From contig CAYJAQ010000005.1 of the NCBI GenBank assembly GCA_964368275.1, forward strand, positions 1 through 39,825: a stretch of DNA of 39,825 nucleotides, given 5' to 3'. Both the position numbers and the translations under genes were made by a program. This document shows, piece after piece, positions 29,156 through 37,853 of the stretch. The stretch comes from an uncultured Staphylococcaceae bacterium (GTDB lineage Bacteria; Bacillota_I; Bacilli_A; ML615J-28; CAG-313). The stretch's first letter is position 1, and each line of letters starts with the position of its first letter. The notes under the pieces are model-generated. The model saw nothing but the letters and a program-made list of their open reading frames with translations. It made no database searches and was not told where the DNA came from.

Positions 29156-32100
29156 TTATAAATCAGCTGCTTTTGTGACAGTCATATCATTTGTTCCAAG
29201 CTCAACAGTGCCAGAAACATTAGTACCATTTACTAATACACCATACATAAATGAATAATAGTTACTATTACCTTCAACATTTTCGCCGATTGTTCCTTCA
29301 ATAACAAAGTAATAATCTTGTGGCAAAGCACTAATTTGTAATTTTATGTTGCCAGCAGCATCATAATTACTAACATTACTTGCATTGTTTTGAATGCCGT
29401 TATAAGCAAATCCCATACTATCATAGCTTGATAAATTGAACGCTTGTAAAACACTGTTGCCATTAACACTGCTAGATTCGGTAAATATAGTATTTAAAAC
29501 ATAATTAAGGGTATCTTTTTCAACGGCTAAAACTCGCCAAGTAATATCAAAAGCTCGATATTCAGGAGAAATAACATTGCCGGAATCATCATATGATATG
29601 AAAGCATTAGTTTTTCGTGGTAAGTAAATTGTTCCATTATTAGCTATTTCTTGATTAGTTGCATAATGGAAATTAGCAGAATTATAACCAACTAAATAAC
29701 TTTGAGATGCGTTATTCGACATCTTAATACCTAAATCAGTAATGCTAGAAGCAAACTCATCATATTCAGCCTTCTTCTTTTCAGCAAGAGTTGCTGAAGT
29801 CTCAGTTACAACGAATGCGGCCTTGGTTGGATTATTGCCATTAAAAACGTAATCGTTGCTTTCTGAATAGAAAACATTAGATGATAGTGTATAAGTAGGA
29901 TTTGACCCATTTAATTCAACATATTTATTATAGGTTTGAGTTAATATGGAAATAGTGCTTTCGAATACTGAACCGTAGTTCCCCCATAAGTTTAAATTAG
30001 CAATATTGTTATTGTTAATATAGGCCCGTAAGCCTCTAAAATCATAAACACCAGCGCCACTATTACTATTATCACGAGTAACCGTTAATTTATTTAAGTT
30101 AGGTAAATAATTCAAATAATAAATATTTATATTATTATAATTTGTACTATCAGTATCATCACGATAGTTTGGATTATAGAAGATAGTGTAATAGTTATTT
30201 GAACATTCAAAATCAATTATTTTTAAATAACCCGTCTCTGCTATACCAATTTCTGCTTGAGCTGCTTTTATTGCATCAGTATCAAAACCACTTAAGTCAA
30301 CACCAGAGAAAGTAATTTTTATCTTTGTTAAATTAATTAATTCCGAACCATCACCAAGATTACAGTCACGTCTAATCGTTATTTGCGTAACATTTTTTAA
30401 GTAATGAAGTCCGACTAATGAGTTATCACCACTTGCTGAGTATGTACTATCAACCTCGATAGCTCCAATACCAGATAGGTTACCCAAATCATCGATAGAA
30501 AGAATGTAATTGCCATCAGCATCAACTTGATAATTGTTTATGTTAGCGACAATTCTTTCAAGAACTTTATTTCTGATCGTACGACCAGGGAAGACTTCTT
30601 CAAGGGTTTTATATGTACCATCAATGTCTACCTTTATCTTATTGGTAAATTCAATAATCATTTCTATGTAGTAAGTGCCTGATGCATCAATTTCGTATTC
30701 AGTGCCATTAATTATTTTTTTAACTGTACCAGCAACTGTCGAAATTTTAGCATATACAGTATCACTATAGCCAGCGTAACTAGTATATTTAATTTCAATG
30801 CTATCACCATTAAGCGTATTGCTAAAATTGCCCTTAAATGTACCAATATATGAATCAACATTGACCTCAAATGTTAATGGATTAGCATTTTCTGGTGTTT
30901 CATCATACAAGTAGAAATTATATGATTTCTTTAAATCAGTATAACTTTCGCCTCTTTCCATGAAAACATAAGTGGAAGGTAATTGTTGTAATGCTTTAGC
31001 AAAAGGAATCGTATAAGGGTTCCAAATTTTATCTTCCGTTTTATATATCTGAACATACGAACCATTAGTAATAAAATGATTGTACATATGATATAGAGAA
31101 GTTTCAACTTCGATATCATCTAGATCGTAACATCCTTCAATATGAATATCATTTAACGCAGCCGTTGAACCAACTAATTCATTAAAATCATAGCGAGTCC
31201 CACTTAATGTTAAACTAACTAAATTATTTAGTTCTTTAATAGGTGTAAGACTAGTAATTTTATTGCTTGATAAGTTTAAGGAAGTTATTCCCTTAAAATA
31301 TTCAAGACCAGTAATATCAGTAATGCCTTTATCAATCAAGGTTACGATACTATTCATATTACACTCATCATAAGAAAGAGTGTAGTTTTCAAGAAAACTA
31401 GAGTTAGCACTATCTACTTGAACAAAACCAGTTTTATTAATATTGAATGTTCTAAACAACTCACTCAACAATACGCGATCTTTAATCACGTCAATTGCTA
31501 GTTCAAACACACCAGGTGAGGTTTCAATATACGATAGTTTATCAAAGTCTGGTGATTGTAAAACAGTTATATTAAATAAACGTTGAAGATTGTAAGAATC
31601 CGTACCATCATTTACGGTTAAACCAATACTAACATCAGTATCAACAATTGGCGCACTAATCGAATATGAGTACGTATCATTGGAATTTTTAGTAAAGGTG
31701 ATTAAATCAGGGTTCGCAGAAACATAATCAATAAAGTAATTAGCTCCATTGTACTCGTAAGTATATGGAAGATTTAAGGTATCGTATGTTTCCGTTGTAA
31801 CAACGATATTGCGCATTACTTCTACGGCAACTCGTTCAAATGTGTTAGGATTCCATGATTGTTTTTTCGCATTAAAGTCACGATAAATTTTAATTGTTCG
31901 ACTAGGATACAAAGCTTTCGTATTATTGAAAGCCATGGTTAAGTAGTAAGCAGTCTCAGCTGTCAATGCAACTGAATTACTACCATATATGGTTACAGTA
32001 TTTAAGTTTTGGTAATCTTGAATAGCTTCAAATGAAGATATTTTGTTATCAGCAACATTTAGATTACTGATATTAACTAGATAACGAAGATCAGTAATAT

Positions 32101-34795
32101 CAGTAATGTCATTATATTCTAAATAAAGAGTTTGTAGTTTATCTAAGTAGGTTAAACTGTTAATGTTAGCAATATTATTGTTATTTAAATTTAAGTATGT
32201 TAAATTGTTTAAATTACTTAAATATGAAACGTCGATAATGGAATTGGCACTTAAATCAATTGAAGTTACATTTTCAAAAAATTCAATACCTTTAATACTT
32301 TCAATCTGACAACTAGGCGCGCTAATTTCATTTACGCGCTTTGCTTCTCTTAATGATAACCAACCATCCTTGTTGTAATCAAACTCTTGTAGTAAGCGTA
32401 GGTAGAAGTTAGTATCTTTGATATCAGCTTCTTCGTTGTGAATTAACCCAACAACCGTAAATGTCAATTCATATGGTAATAACTTACCTTCAACATAGGC
32501 ATTAACAGTAATTTCAGTATCAGTATCAGGTACTAATGCTGGCAAAACAGTAATCACATTATTATTAATAGTAACATAATCACATGGAGATTGCAACTCA
32601 TATCTAACTGCTGTTCCTCTTGTAGTTTCAGCAATAAGTTCAATAGTAGTTTGGTAAGGATTGGTCATTAATGAGTTATAAATGTTATACTCAGAAAGTG
32701 GCTGTTGCAATTCTTTAGTTGCATCTATTAGTATTGCCTCACTCGTTGGTGCCACTATTGCCACTTTTTTAGACATTGTTTGTGTCACTTGTGTGTTATC
32801 AAAATTATTTTCGTAGAATGTATATATTAGATCAATATCATAAGATACATAATCAAAGGTTGGTTGTTGTTTCAATTCTAGTAAGAAAGATGATACGCCA
32901 TCTTCCGTAAAATATTCAACATAACCCTCAACACCGTCAGTATCATTTACAACATGATCCCAAATTGAAGTGCCTACATTAATTGTGTGTAAGCTGCTGT
33001 AACCTTCAATATAATTACTAACACCCACTGAATTGGCAAGAGTATATAAGTTATTAACAGCAACCCCATGTAAGCCAAGTTTAGCCGCAAGTTCAGCTAC
33101 ACTTGCAACATTGTAAGTTGCTAGGTTACTATTTAATGCTTCATCAGTCCAGTTGTTCTTTCTTTTCATTTGTTCAGCTAGTGAAAATGAATATTTGTCA
33201 CCAACTTCAAAGAACATTAATTGCGAATAATCATAGAAAATATCTAGTCTTTCTTCAACACTCATTACTTCAATAGTAATATTTTTGGAGTAGACTTCGG
33301 TATTACCATTACTTTCAACAATAACAGCAATGCTTAATAATTGGTTTTGCCAACTAGCTAAATTAGCAAGGCCATTAATCAAGAAGATGCCATCATTTGT
33401 TAATAGGTTATAATCACTAGTAATCCATGAATACTTCTTACCGGTTGCATCTTCATATGTTGGTAAAAATACCGACGATGAAATAACATTAGGTATATTT
33501 GCTAAAAGCGTAGCTGCACTCGACATTGCTGAGTAACCTTGAATGGTTACTGGTCCACTTACTAATTGAGCACCAGCAAGACTTCCAACTTTTTTACAAG
33601 CAAACTGTAAATAATAAGTACTAGTATACTCAGGAATATCACTTAGCGTATAGCTACCATCTTCCATGTTTACATTAGTTTGTGTAAAATAGGTTTTTGA
33701 TTCTTGATCTAAAGCGATTGTAAAGAAATCACTTGTAATATAGAAACCTAACCCATTAGTAACATCAAGTGTAACATTATCAGTTGGCAAAGCACCATGT
33801 GCTAACAAGATACCATCATACTTCTTAATATTATCACCGATTTTTTCAGAGAAAGCTTCTAGACTTGCATTATTAATCGTAACTAATCCCGATGTAGCAA
33901 AGGTATCTTCGACCAACATAATCGTATTGGGCGTATTAATTGTAATTGGTGAAGGATTAGCTCCATTACCAATAATAGAACCAGTTCCCTTGCTATCGAT
34001 CAAACTTACATGCTTGCGGGTAGCAGATGTAGAAGCAAAAGTTATGGTACCACCATTTAGATTAAGAATATGACCGTTTAAATCAATACCTGTGTTAGTT
34101 GTAAAAACAATATTTTCACCACTATTCAATGTAATATCATCTAATAATACAATAGTTCGATTTTCAATGTCGGTGGCACTTTGAACTAGCTTTTGAAGAA
34201 TACTGAGCGTATCACCTTCACTAAGTAAAGAGTTCGCTACATAGTAATAAGGGAAACTGTCTGTCGTTGAAACAACACGACTACTTGCATTTATTCTTAG
34301 GTCAAACGCAGCAAGATCACTATTATCCCAATAATAGGAACTAGCACTATTTGATAAAACAAGCATATACCGATATGAATTACTATCGTTAGGTCCCAAA
34401 TAACCACTTAAATCATTTTTAACAAATTCTTTTAGCATACTAACATATTGGTAATCACCATCAACATATTGATAAACTTCAATAACATTAGATAACGCCG
34501 TTTCAGTTGTTAAGGTAAAATCAATATTATATAGTGATGCATACGAAGCTGTCATTATACCTTCAATTAACACATTAAGATCAATGATAAAACCGGATTC
34601 AACGTCTAGTTTATCAATGCTAATATTATGTACACCATCTTTGGAAGTTTCACCATTTAAAGAAAATGATAAACTTGAGATAATGTATTCTTGACGCCAA
34701 CCGCTCTTTGTTATTGCATAATACGCAGCAACAACAGTTGAACAAGCAGCAATAATACACATGATGGATAATAATATCTTTGTCATTTTCTTCAT
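29156..34795 (-). CDS. N-terminal half of the giant LRR protein (signal peptide, beta-rich N-domain, three LRR modules)
   Basis: AAAGGAGG RBS and MKKMTK...STVVA-AYYA signal. LRRs include VTSIDLSANSI, LTYLNLNNNNI and LQTLYLEYNDI, with a DYNKDGWLSLRE loop. Confidence 0.8.
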   Translation of the reverse strand: MKKMTKILLSIMCIIAACSTVVAAYYAITKSGWRQEYIISSLSFSLNGETSKDGVHNISIDKLDVESGFIIDLNVLIEGIMTASYASLYNIDFTLTTETALSNVIEVYQYVDGDYQYVSMLKEFVKNDLSGYLGPNDSNSYRYMLVLSNSASSYYWDNSDLAAFDLRINASSRVVSTTDSFPYYYVANSLLSEGDTLSILQKLVQSATDIENRTIVLLDDITLNSGENIVFTTNTGIDLNGHILNLNGGTITFASTSATRKHVSLIDSKGTGSIIGNGANPSPITINTPNTIMLVEDTFATSGLVTINNASLEAFSEKIGDNIKKYDGILLAHGALPTDNVTLDVTNGLGFYITSDFFTIALDQESKTYFTQTNVNMEDGSYTLSDIPEYTSTYYLQFACKKVGSLAGAQLVSGPVTIQGYSAMSSAATLLANIPNVISSSVFLPTYEDATGKKYSWITSDYNLLTNDGIFLINGLANLASWQNQLLSIAVIVESNGNTEVYSKNITIEVMSVEERLDIFYDYSQLMFFEVGDKYSFSLAEQMKRKNNWTDEALNSNLATYNVASVAELAAKLGLHGVAVNNLYTLANSVGVSNYIEGYSSLHTINVGTSIWDHVVNDTDGVEGYVEYFTEDGVSSFLLELKQQPTFDYVSYDIDLIYTFYENNFDNTQVTQTMSKKVAIVAPTSEAILIDATKELQQPLSEYNIYNSLMTNPYQTTIELIAETTRGTAVRYELQSPCDYVTINNNVITVLPALVPDTDTEITVNAYVEGKLLPYELTFTVVGLIHNEEADIKDTNFYLRLLQEFDYNKDGWLSLREAKRVNEISAPSCQIESIKGIEFFENVTSIDLSANSIIDVSYLSNLNNLTYLNLNNNNIANINSLTYLDKLQTLYLEYNDITDITDLRYLVNISNLNVADNKISSFEAIQDYQNLNTVTIYGSNSVALTAETAYYLTMAFNNTKALYPSRTIKIYRDFNAKKQSWNPNTFERVAVEVMRNIVVTTETYDTLNLPYTYEYNGANYFIDYVSANPDLITFTKNSNDTYSYSISAPIVDTDVSIGLTVNDGTDSYNLQRLFNITVLQSPDFDKLSYIETSPGVFELAIDVIKDRVLLSELFRTFNINKTGFVQVDSANSSFLENYTLSYDECNMNSIVTLIDKGITDITGLEYFKGITSLNLSSNKITSLTPIKELNNLVSLTLSGTRYDFNELVGSTAALNDIHIEGCYDLDDIEVETSLYHMYNHFITNGSYVQIYKTEDKIWNPYTIPFAKALQQLPSTYVFMERGESYTDLKKSYNFYLYDETPENANPLTFEVNVDSYIGTFKGNFSNTLNGDSIEIKYTSYAGYSDTVYAKISTVAGTVKKIINGTEYEIDASGTYYIEMIIEFTNKIKVDIDGTYKTLEEVFPGRTIRNKVLERIVANINNYQVDADGNYILSIDDLGNLSGIGAIEVDSTYSASGDNSLVGLHYLKNVTQITIRRDCNLGDGSELINLTKIKITFSGVDLSGFDTDAIKAAQAEIGIAETGYLKIIDFECSNNYYTIFYNPNYRDDTDSTNYNNINIYYLNYLPNLNKLTVTRDNSNSGAGVYDFRGLRAYINNNNIANLNLWGNYGSVFESTISILTQTYNKYVELNGSNPTYTLSSNVFYSESNDYVFNGNNPTKAAFVVTETSATLAEKKKAEYDEFASSITDLGIKMSNNASQSYLVGYNSANFHYATNQEIANNGTIYLPRKTNAFISYDDSGNVISPEYRAFDITWRVLAVEKDTLNYVLNTIFTESSSVNGNSVLQAFNLSSYDSMGFAYNGIQNNASNVSNYDAAGNIKLQISALPQDYYFVIEGTIGENVEGNSNYYSFMYGVLVNGTNVSGTVELGTNDMTVTKAADL

Positions 34796-34820
34796 AGTAA
34801 GCCTCCTTTCATTGAGTAAT

Positions 34821-35525
34821 TTATTCGCTAGTTATAACTTCAAATGAGATTTTTTGATTCATATAGGGATTACTATTTTCAAGTCTCACCCCATCATAAA
34901 TTGAATATTTATAAGGATCAAAGTAAAATTTTAAATACAACGTCGCAGCTGAATTTGCTACTACGGTAATAGTTTTTTGATCTTCTACTGTATATTCTGC
35001 TAAATACTTTTGATAATTATTATCATCCATGCTTTCGGTTATCAAACACTTAATAGCATTGGTAGCCGAAGAGATAAATTGATTAAAGTATGTTTGATCA
35101 ATAGGTTTTTCGACAAGGCTTCCACCTATGTTATCCAAATAAGTAGTAACAATTTCTTCGGTGCTGACATTAACATACCTGCCTTCTACATAATCACTAT
35201 CCTCATTAGCTAAATAGCCAGTAACTATGTCCCTTATGCTAATACTAACACTTATATCGTCAGCACTGGAATTCTGCAAGGCAATTGTATATGAAACAGA
35301 TTGACCAGGCAATAGCGTAAGTGCTATGACATTCCCCGTAATAACTTCACCATCTTGAGAAATAATCGTATTGAGGTGATTAGATTCCGGGGAGATTGTG
35401 GAAAAATCAATACCGCCTATTTCATTTTTTACCGACATCGCAAACCACGCAAAAGAAACTACTGTAAAAAGTAGCAGCGAAAATATGGTTGTTATTATCG
35501 ACATGATGAACTTACTTCTTGACAT
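34821..35525 (-). CDS. SipW-cognate signal peptide protein, first gene of operon A
   Basis: VVSFA-WFAM signal, LLPGQSVSYTIALQN and C-terminal NSNPYMNQKI. Start is ATG 35525 after AAAGGAATAAGGA. Confidence 0.8.
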   Translation of the reverse strand: MSRSKFIMSIITTIFSLLLFTVVSFAWFAMSVKNEIGGIDFSTISPESNHLNTIISQDGEVITGNVIALTLLPGQSVSYTIALQNSSADDISVSISIRDIVTGYLANEDSDYVEGRYVNVSTEEIVTTYLDNIGGSLVEKPIDQTYFNQFISSATNAIKCLITESMDDNNYQKYLAEYTVEDQKTITVVANSAATLYLKFYFDPYKYSIYDGVRLENSNPYMNQKISFEVITSE

Positions 35526-35547
35526 TTTCCTTATTCCTTTCACACAT

Positions 35548-35581
35548 AAAAAGAGCCAGCTGCATAACTTTGCAACTGGCT
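35548..35581 (-). terminator. Riboswitch expression-platform terminator (operon A)
   Basis: AGCCAGTTGCA-aagtta-TGCAGCTGGCT followed by CTTTTT. The 5' arm overlaps the 3' end of the aptamer. Confidence 0.85.
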
Positions 35582-35646
35582 ACCTAAACTATCTAGGCCC
35601 TATAGCTTTGCGTCACAGCCTTGCAACTGCTTTGCGAATATCTTGT
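35567..35646 (-). ncRNA. c-di-GMP-I (GEMM) riboswitch aptamer, variant, predicted ON switch
   Basis: Minus strand AUAUUC-GCAAAGCAGUU-GCAA-GGCUGUGACGCAAAGCUAUAGGGCCUAGAUAGUUUAGGUAGCCAGUUGC. It shares GACGCAAAGCUAUAGGGCCU and GGUAGCCAGUUG with the 18.1-kb copy. Confidence 0.88.
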
Positions 35647-35662
35647 TGTCTTATATATACTT

Positions 35663-35691
35663 ATTATAGCATTTATTAGGTAAAAAGTCAA
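35663..35691 (-). promoter_or_regulatory. Sigma-A promoter of operon A
   Basis: TTGACT (35691-35686), a 17-bp spacer ending in TGC, then TATAAT (35668-35663). Confidence 0.88.
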
Positions 35692-35722
35692 ATGTTATAC
35701 TCTAGGAAACAGCTAATAAGTG

Positions 35723-36235
35723 TTAATGTCTACTAACTTTATAGCTTTTATTTAAACCCTTTAACAGTTCTCTTAAAGCGTCACTATCTCCTTCGATAAA
35801 GCCCTCTTTATTAACAATTAAAGCATTGTTAGTATTGGTATATAAGAAGAAAGCGTCTTTCGTTTCAACTATTCGGAATAACTTATCGTAGAAAAAATAA
35901 ATTGGGGTTACACGTTCGTCAGTTAATATTTCGACTTGCACTGAGTCTTCTAGAAAAGTATATTCATATAGTGGTTCTTCTTGTAATTCGGCTGAACTTT
36001 TCCATAAACGATTCCGGCGACTATGGTGCGAAAGTACAACAATGAGCGGATAAATAACAGCCATGCAAAAAGCAAAGATAGCAGCTGTATAATTTTGCAT
36101 CCAAATTGTAGCAGCCCCGTACAAAACAGCAATTCCACAGAAAACAATAATCATGATGAAGTTACTTGACATAAAGCGAACATGATTTAAGCGGTCAAAG
36201 GCAGCTCTGGTAAGTTTAGTTTGATTTTTTATCAT
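35723..36235 (-). CDS. YcxB-like membrane protein
   Basis: Two N-terminal TM helices followed by YTFLEDSV...YDKLFRIVETKDAFFLY...ALIVNK, the pattern typical of YcxB-like C-terminal domains. The start overlaps the upstream stop. Confidence 0.75.
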   Translation of the reverse strand: MIKNQTKLTRAAFDRLNHVRFMSSNFIMIIVFCGIAVLYGAATIWMQNYTAAIFAFCMAVIYPLIVVLSHHSRRNRLWKSSAELQEEPLYEYTFLEDSVQVEILTDERVTPIYFFYDKLFRIVETKDAFFLYTNTNNALIVNKEGFIEGDSDALRELLKGLNKSYKVSRH

Positions 36236-37212
36236 AATCGGTCTCCTTCAATTGACGCAAGAAAGCGTCTGATACGCATCCGATACTCAGCATTGTATAA
36301 ATGCATTGAGAAAGCATGGTAAGCACCTTTGGTAATCCACAGTTCTTTTTCAGAAGAACACGCTTCATAACATTTTATACTCATCCAAGTAGGGACAAAA
36401 TTATCTTTGTCACCATGGATAAAGAGCATAGGGATATTGGTATTAGCAACTGATACTAAAGCTGAAGCATCATGCAAGCCATATTTTGCCCGTCTTTTTA
36501 AGATCTTGTCAAATATCTTAATACTCGGCCAAGCAGGCAGATGCATCCCAACTTTTATTTGATGAACAAATTCATCATACATACTGGTAAAGCCACAATC
36601 AGCGATAATACCTTTGATGTTTGGGGATACTTGCATATCACTCATCATCATTACCGTAGATGCTCCCATGGAAACACCAGCTAAAACAATAGTGCAATCA
36701 CTATTGAAATATTCATCGAGGTGTTTTACCCAAACGCTCGCATCTAGTCGGTCCATGACACCAAAACCAATAATGTCACCGCCTGATGCACCATGAGCAC
36801 GATTAGTTGTCGCTAAAACATGATAACCATTCTTTAAATACTCATCAAGGACTAAACCAAAATCATGATAGTGATTGCTGGTATAGCCATGAACAAGTAA
36901 AGCTACTTTATTAGTCTCGCAAGGTGCAGGATAAAAGGTTGCTTCAAGTTTCAATCCATCATTTGACATGACGTGCCATATCTCATGAGGAAGTGCATTT
37001 ATTTTTAAGGTTGCTTCTTTTATCTCATTGATATATTCTGCCCAAATTGGATTATTCATCGCTTTTTGAATGTTTTTATCAGACTGAGTATGGCGCTTAA
37101 TAACACTTTTATAAAAGTACAATCCTGCAAAATAACTAGGTAAAATAATAAATAAGCAAATAGCAACAACAATTCCTAGCAAGATTAACAAGATAATCTC
37201 ATAAATAGGCAT
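36232..37212 (-). CDS. Membrane-anchored alpha/beta hydrolase (YqkD-like)
   Basis: N-terminal TM, HGY oxyanion motif, RAHGASGG, nucleophile GVSMG, IHGDKD and a C-terminal His (GAYH). Confidence 0.9.
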   Translation of the reverse strand: MPIYEIILLILLGIVVAICLFIILPSYFAGLYFYKSVIKRHTQSDKNIQKAMNNPIWAEYINEIKEATLKINALPHEIWHVMSNDGLKLEATFYPAPCETNKVALLVHGYTSNHYHDFGLVLDEYLKNGYHVLATTNRAHGASGGDIIGFGVMDRLDASVWVKHLDEYFNSDCTIVLAGVSMGASTVMMMSDMQVSPNIKGIIADCGFTSMYDEFVHQIKVGMHLPAWPSIKIFDKILKRRAKYGLHDASALVSVANTNIPMLFIHGDKDNFVPTWMSIKCYEACSSEKELWITKGAYHAFSMHLYNAEYRMRIRRFLASIEGDRL

Positions 37213-37832
37213 TATTTTTTCTCCTTTTCTTCTAGTATCTCGGCCATTATCTCAGCTTTTAAACGTTCAATTTTAGCTTGCTCTTCAGTTTGCTTTTTCT
37301 CCTTATCACTTTCAGCTTTAAGTTTTGCTAGAGTAAAACCTTCATTAACTATAATCATTACAAAGATTAAACCAACAATTAGAAAGACAACACTCCGATA
37401 ATTGGCAACCATTTTTCCTAAGAAGCCTAAATCCCAGACCGTTTTTACAACAGCTATAAAATTCGCTTCAGTAACTAGTTCACTATCTTTATAGGTATTG
37501 TTGATACCTTTGGTTGTAAAGCCAGTTTGAGCATTACCCTCAATTACCCGATGGACGATATATATTTGATTTTCTTCGGAATAATAGATAATATCAGTTC
37601 CAATCGCGATATTTTCATCTGAAAAAGGTACTCGTTTAGAAATAACAAAATCACCAGGATTAATATCAGGAACCATTGATTCAGTTGGTACAACTGAATA
37701 AGCATAACCAAAGATATTAATCATCTTATTATCTCTAACCGCAATGCTACCAACAATTATCACCGCTAGTGATAAAAGAAAAAGGAGTACGGTCAAGACT
37801 GATAAGACTATTTTAAGAATCTTCTTCGCCAT
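37212..37832 (-). CDS. sipW: Signal peptidase I, SipW-type (S26B), second copy
   Basis: N-terminal TM, VVPTESMVP (Ser), IVHRVI (His), TKGINN...D, and a C-terminal TM with a charged tail. AGGAGG RBS. Confidence 0.85.
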   Translation of the reverse strand: MAKKILKIVLSVLTVLLFLLSLAVIIVGSIAVRDNKMINIFGYAYSVVPTESMVPDINPGDFVISKRVPFSDENIAIGTDIIYYSEENQIYIVHRVIEGNAQTGFTTKGINNTYKDSELVTEANFIAVVKTVWDLGFLGKMVANYRSVVFLIVGLIFVMIIVNEGFTLAKLKAESDKEKKQTEEQAKIERLKAEIMAEILEEKEKK

Positions 37833-37853
37833 GATATGTCCTCCTATTAATTA

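Larger units (their letters stand above)
23363..34795 (-). pseudogene. Giant ~3810-codon LRR/InlB-B-repeat surface protein interrupted by one in-frame TAA (nonsense allele or sequence error)
   Basis: ORFs 29156-34795 and 23363-29032 are in the same frame. The 123 nt between them are open after the single TAA at 29156-29158 and encode LDLTSTNY...RIFTDLNLR, which continues into an internalin-like cap. Confidence 0.8.

Noticed and set aside
29156-29158. Alternative genetic code or selenocysteine/pyrrolysine recoding to explain the internal stop
   Set aside because: The codon is TAA, which is the normal stop for most genes here. No other ORF needs recoding.
9312-36147. Short alternative-frame minus-strand ORFs (9312-9572, 12657-12839, 16310-16525, 18686-18901, 22035-22232, 30931-31119, 35950-36147)
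   Set aside because: They are nested in or overlap longer genes in another frame and have no independent support.
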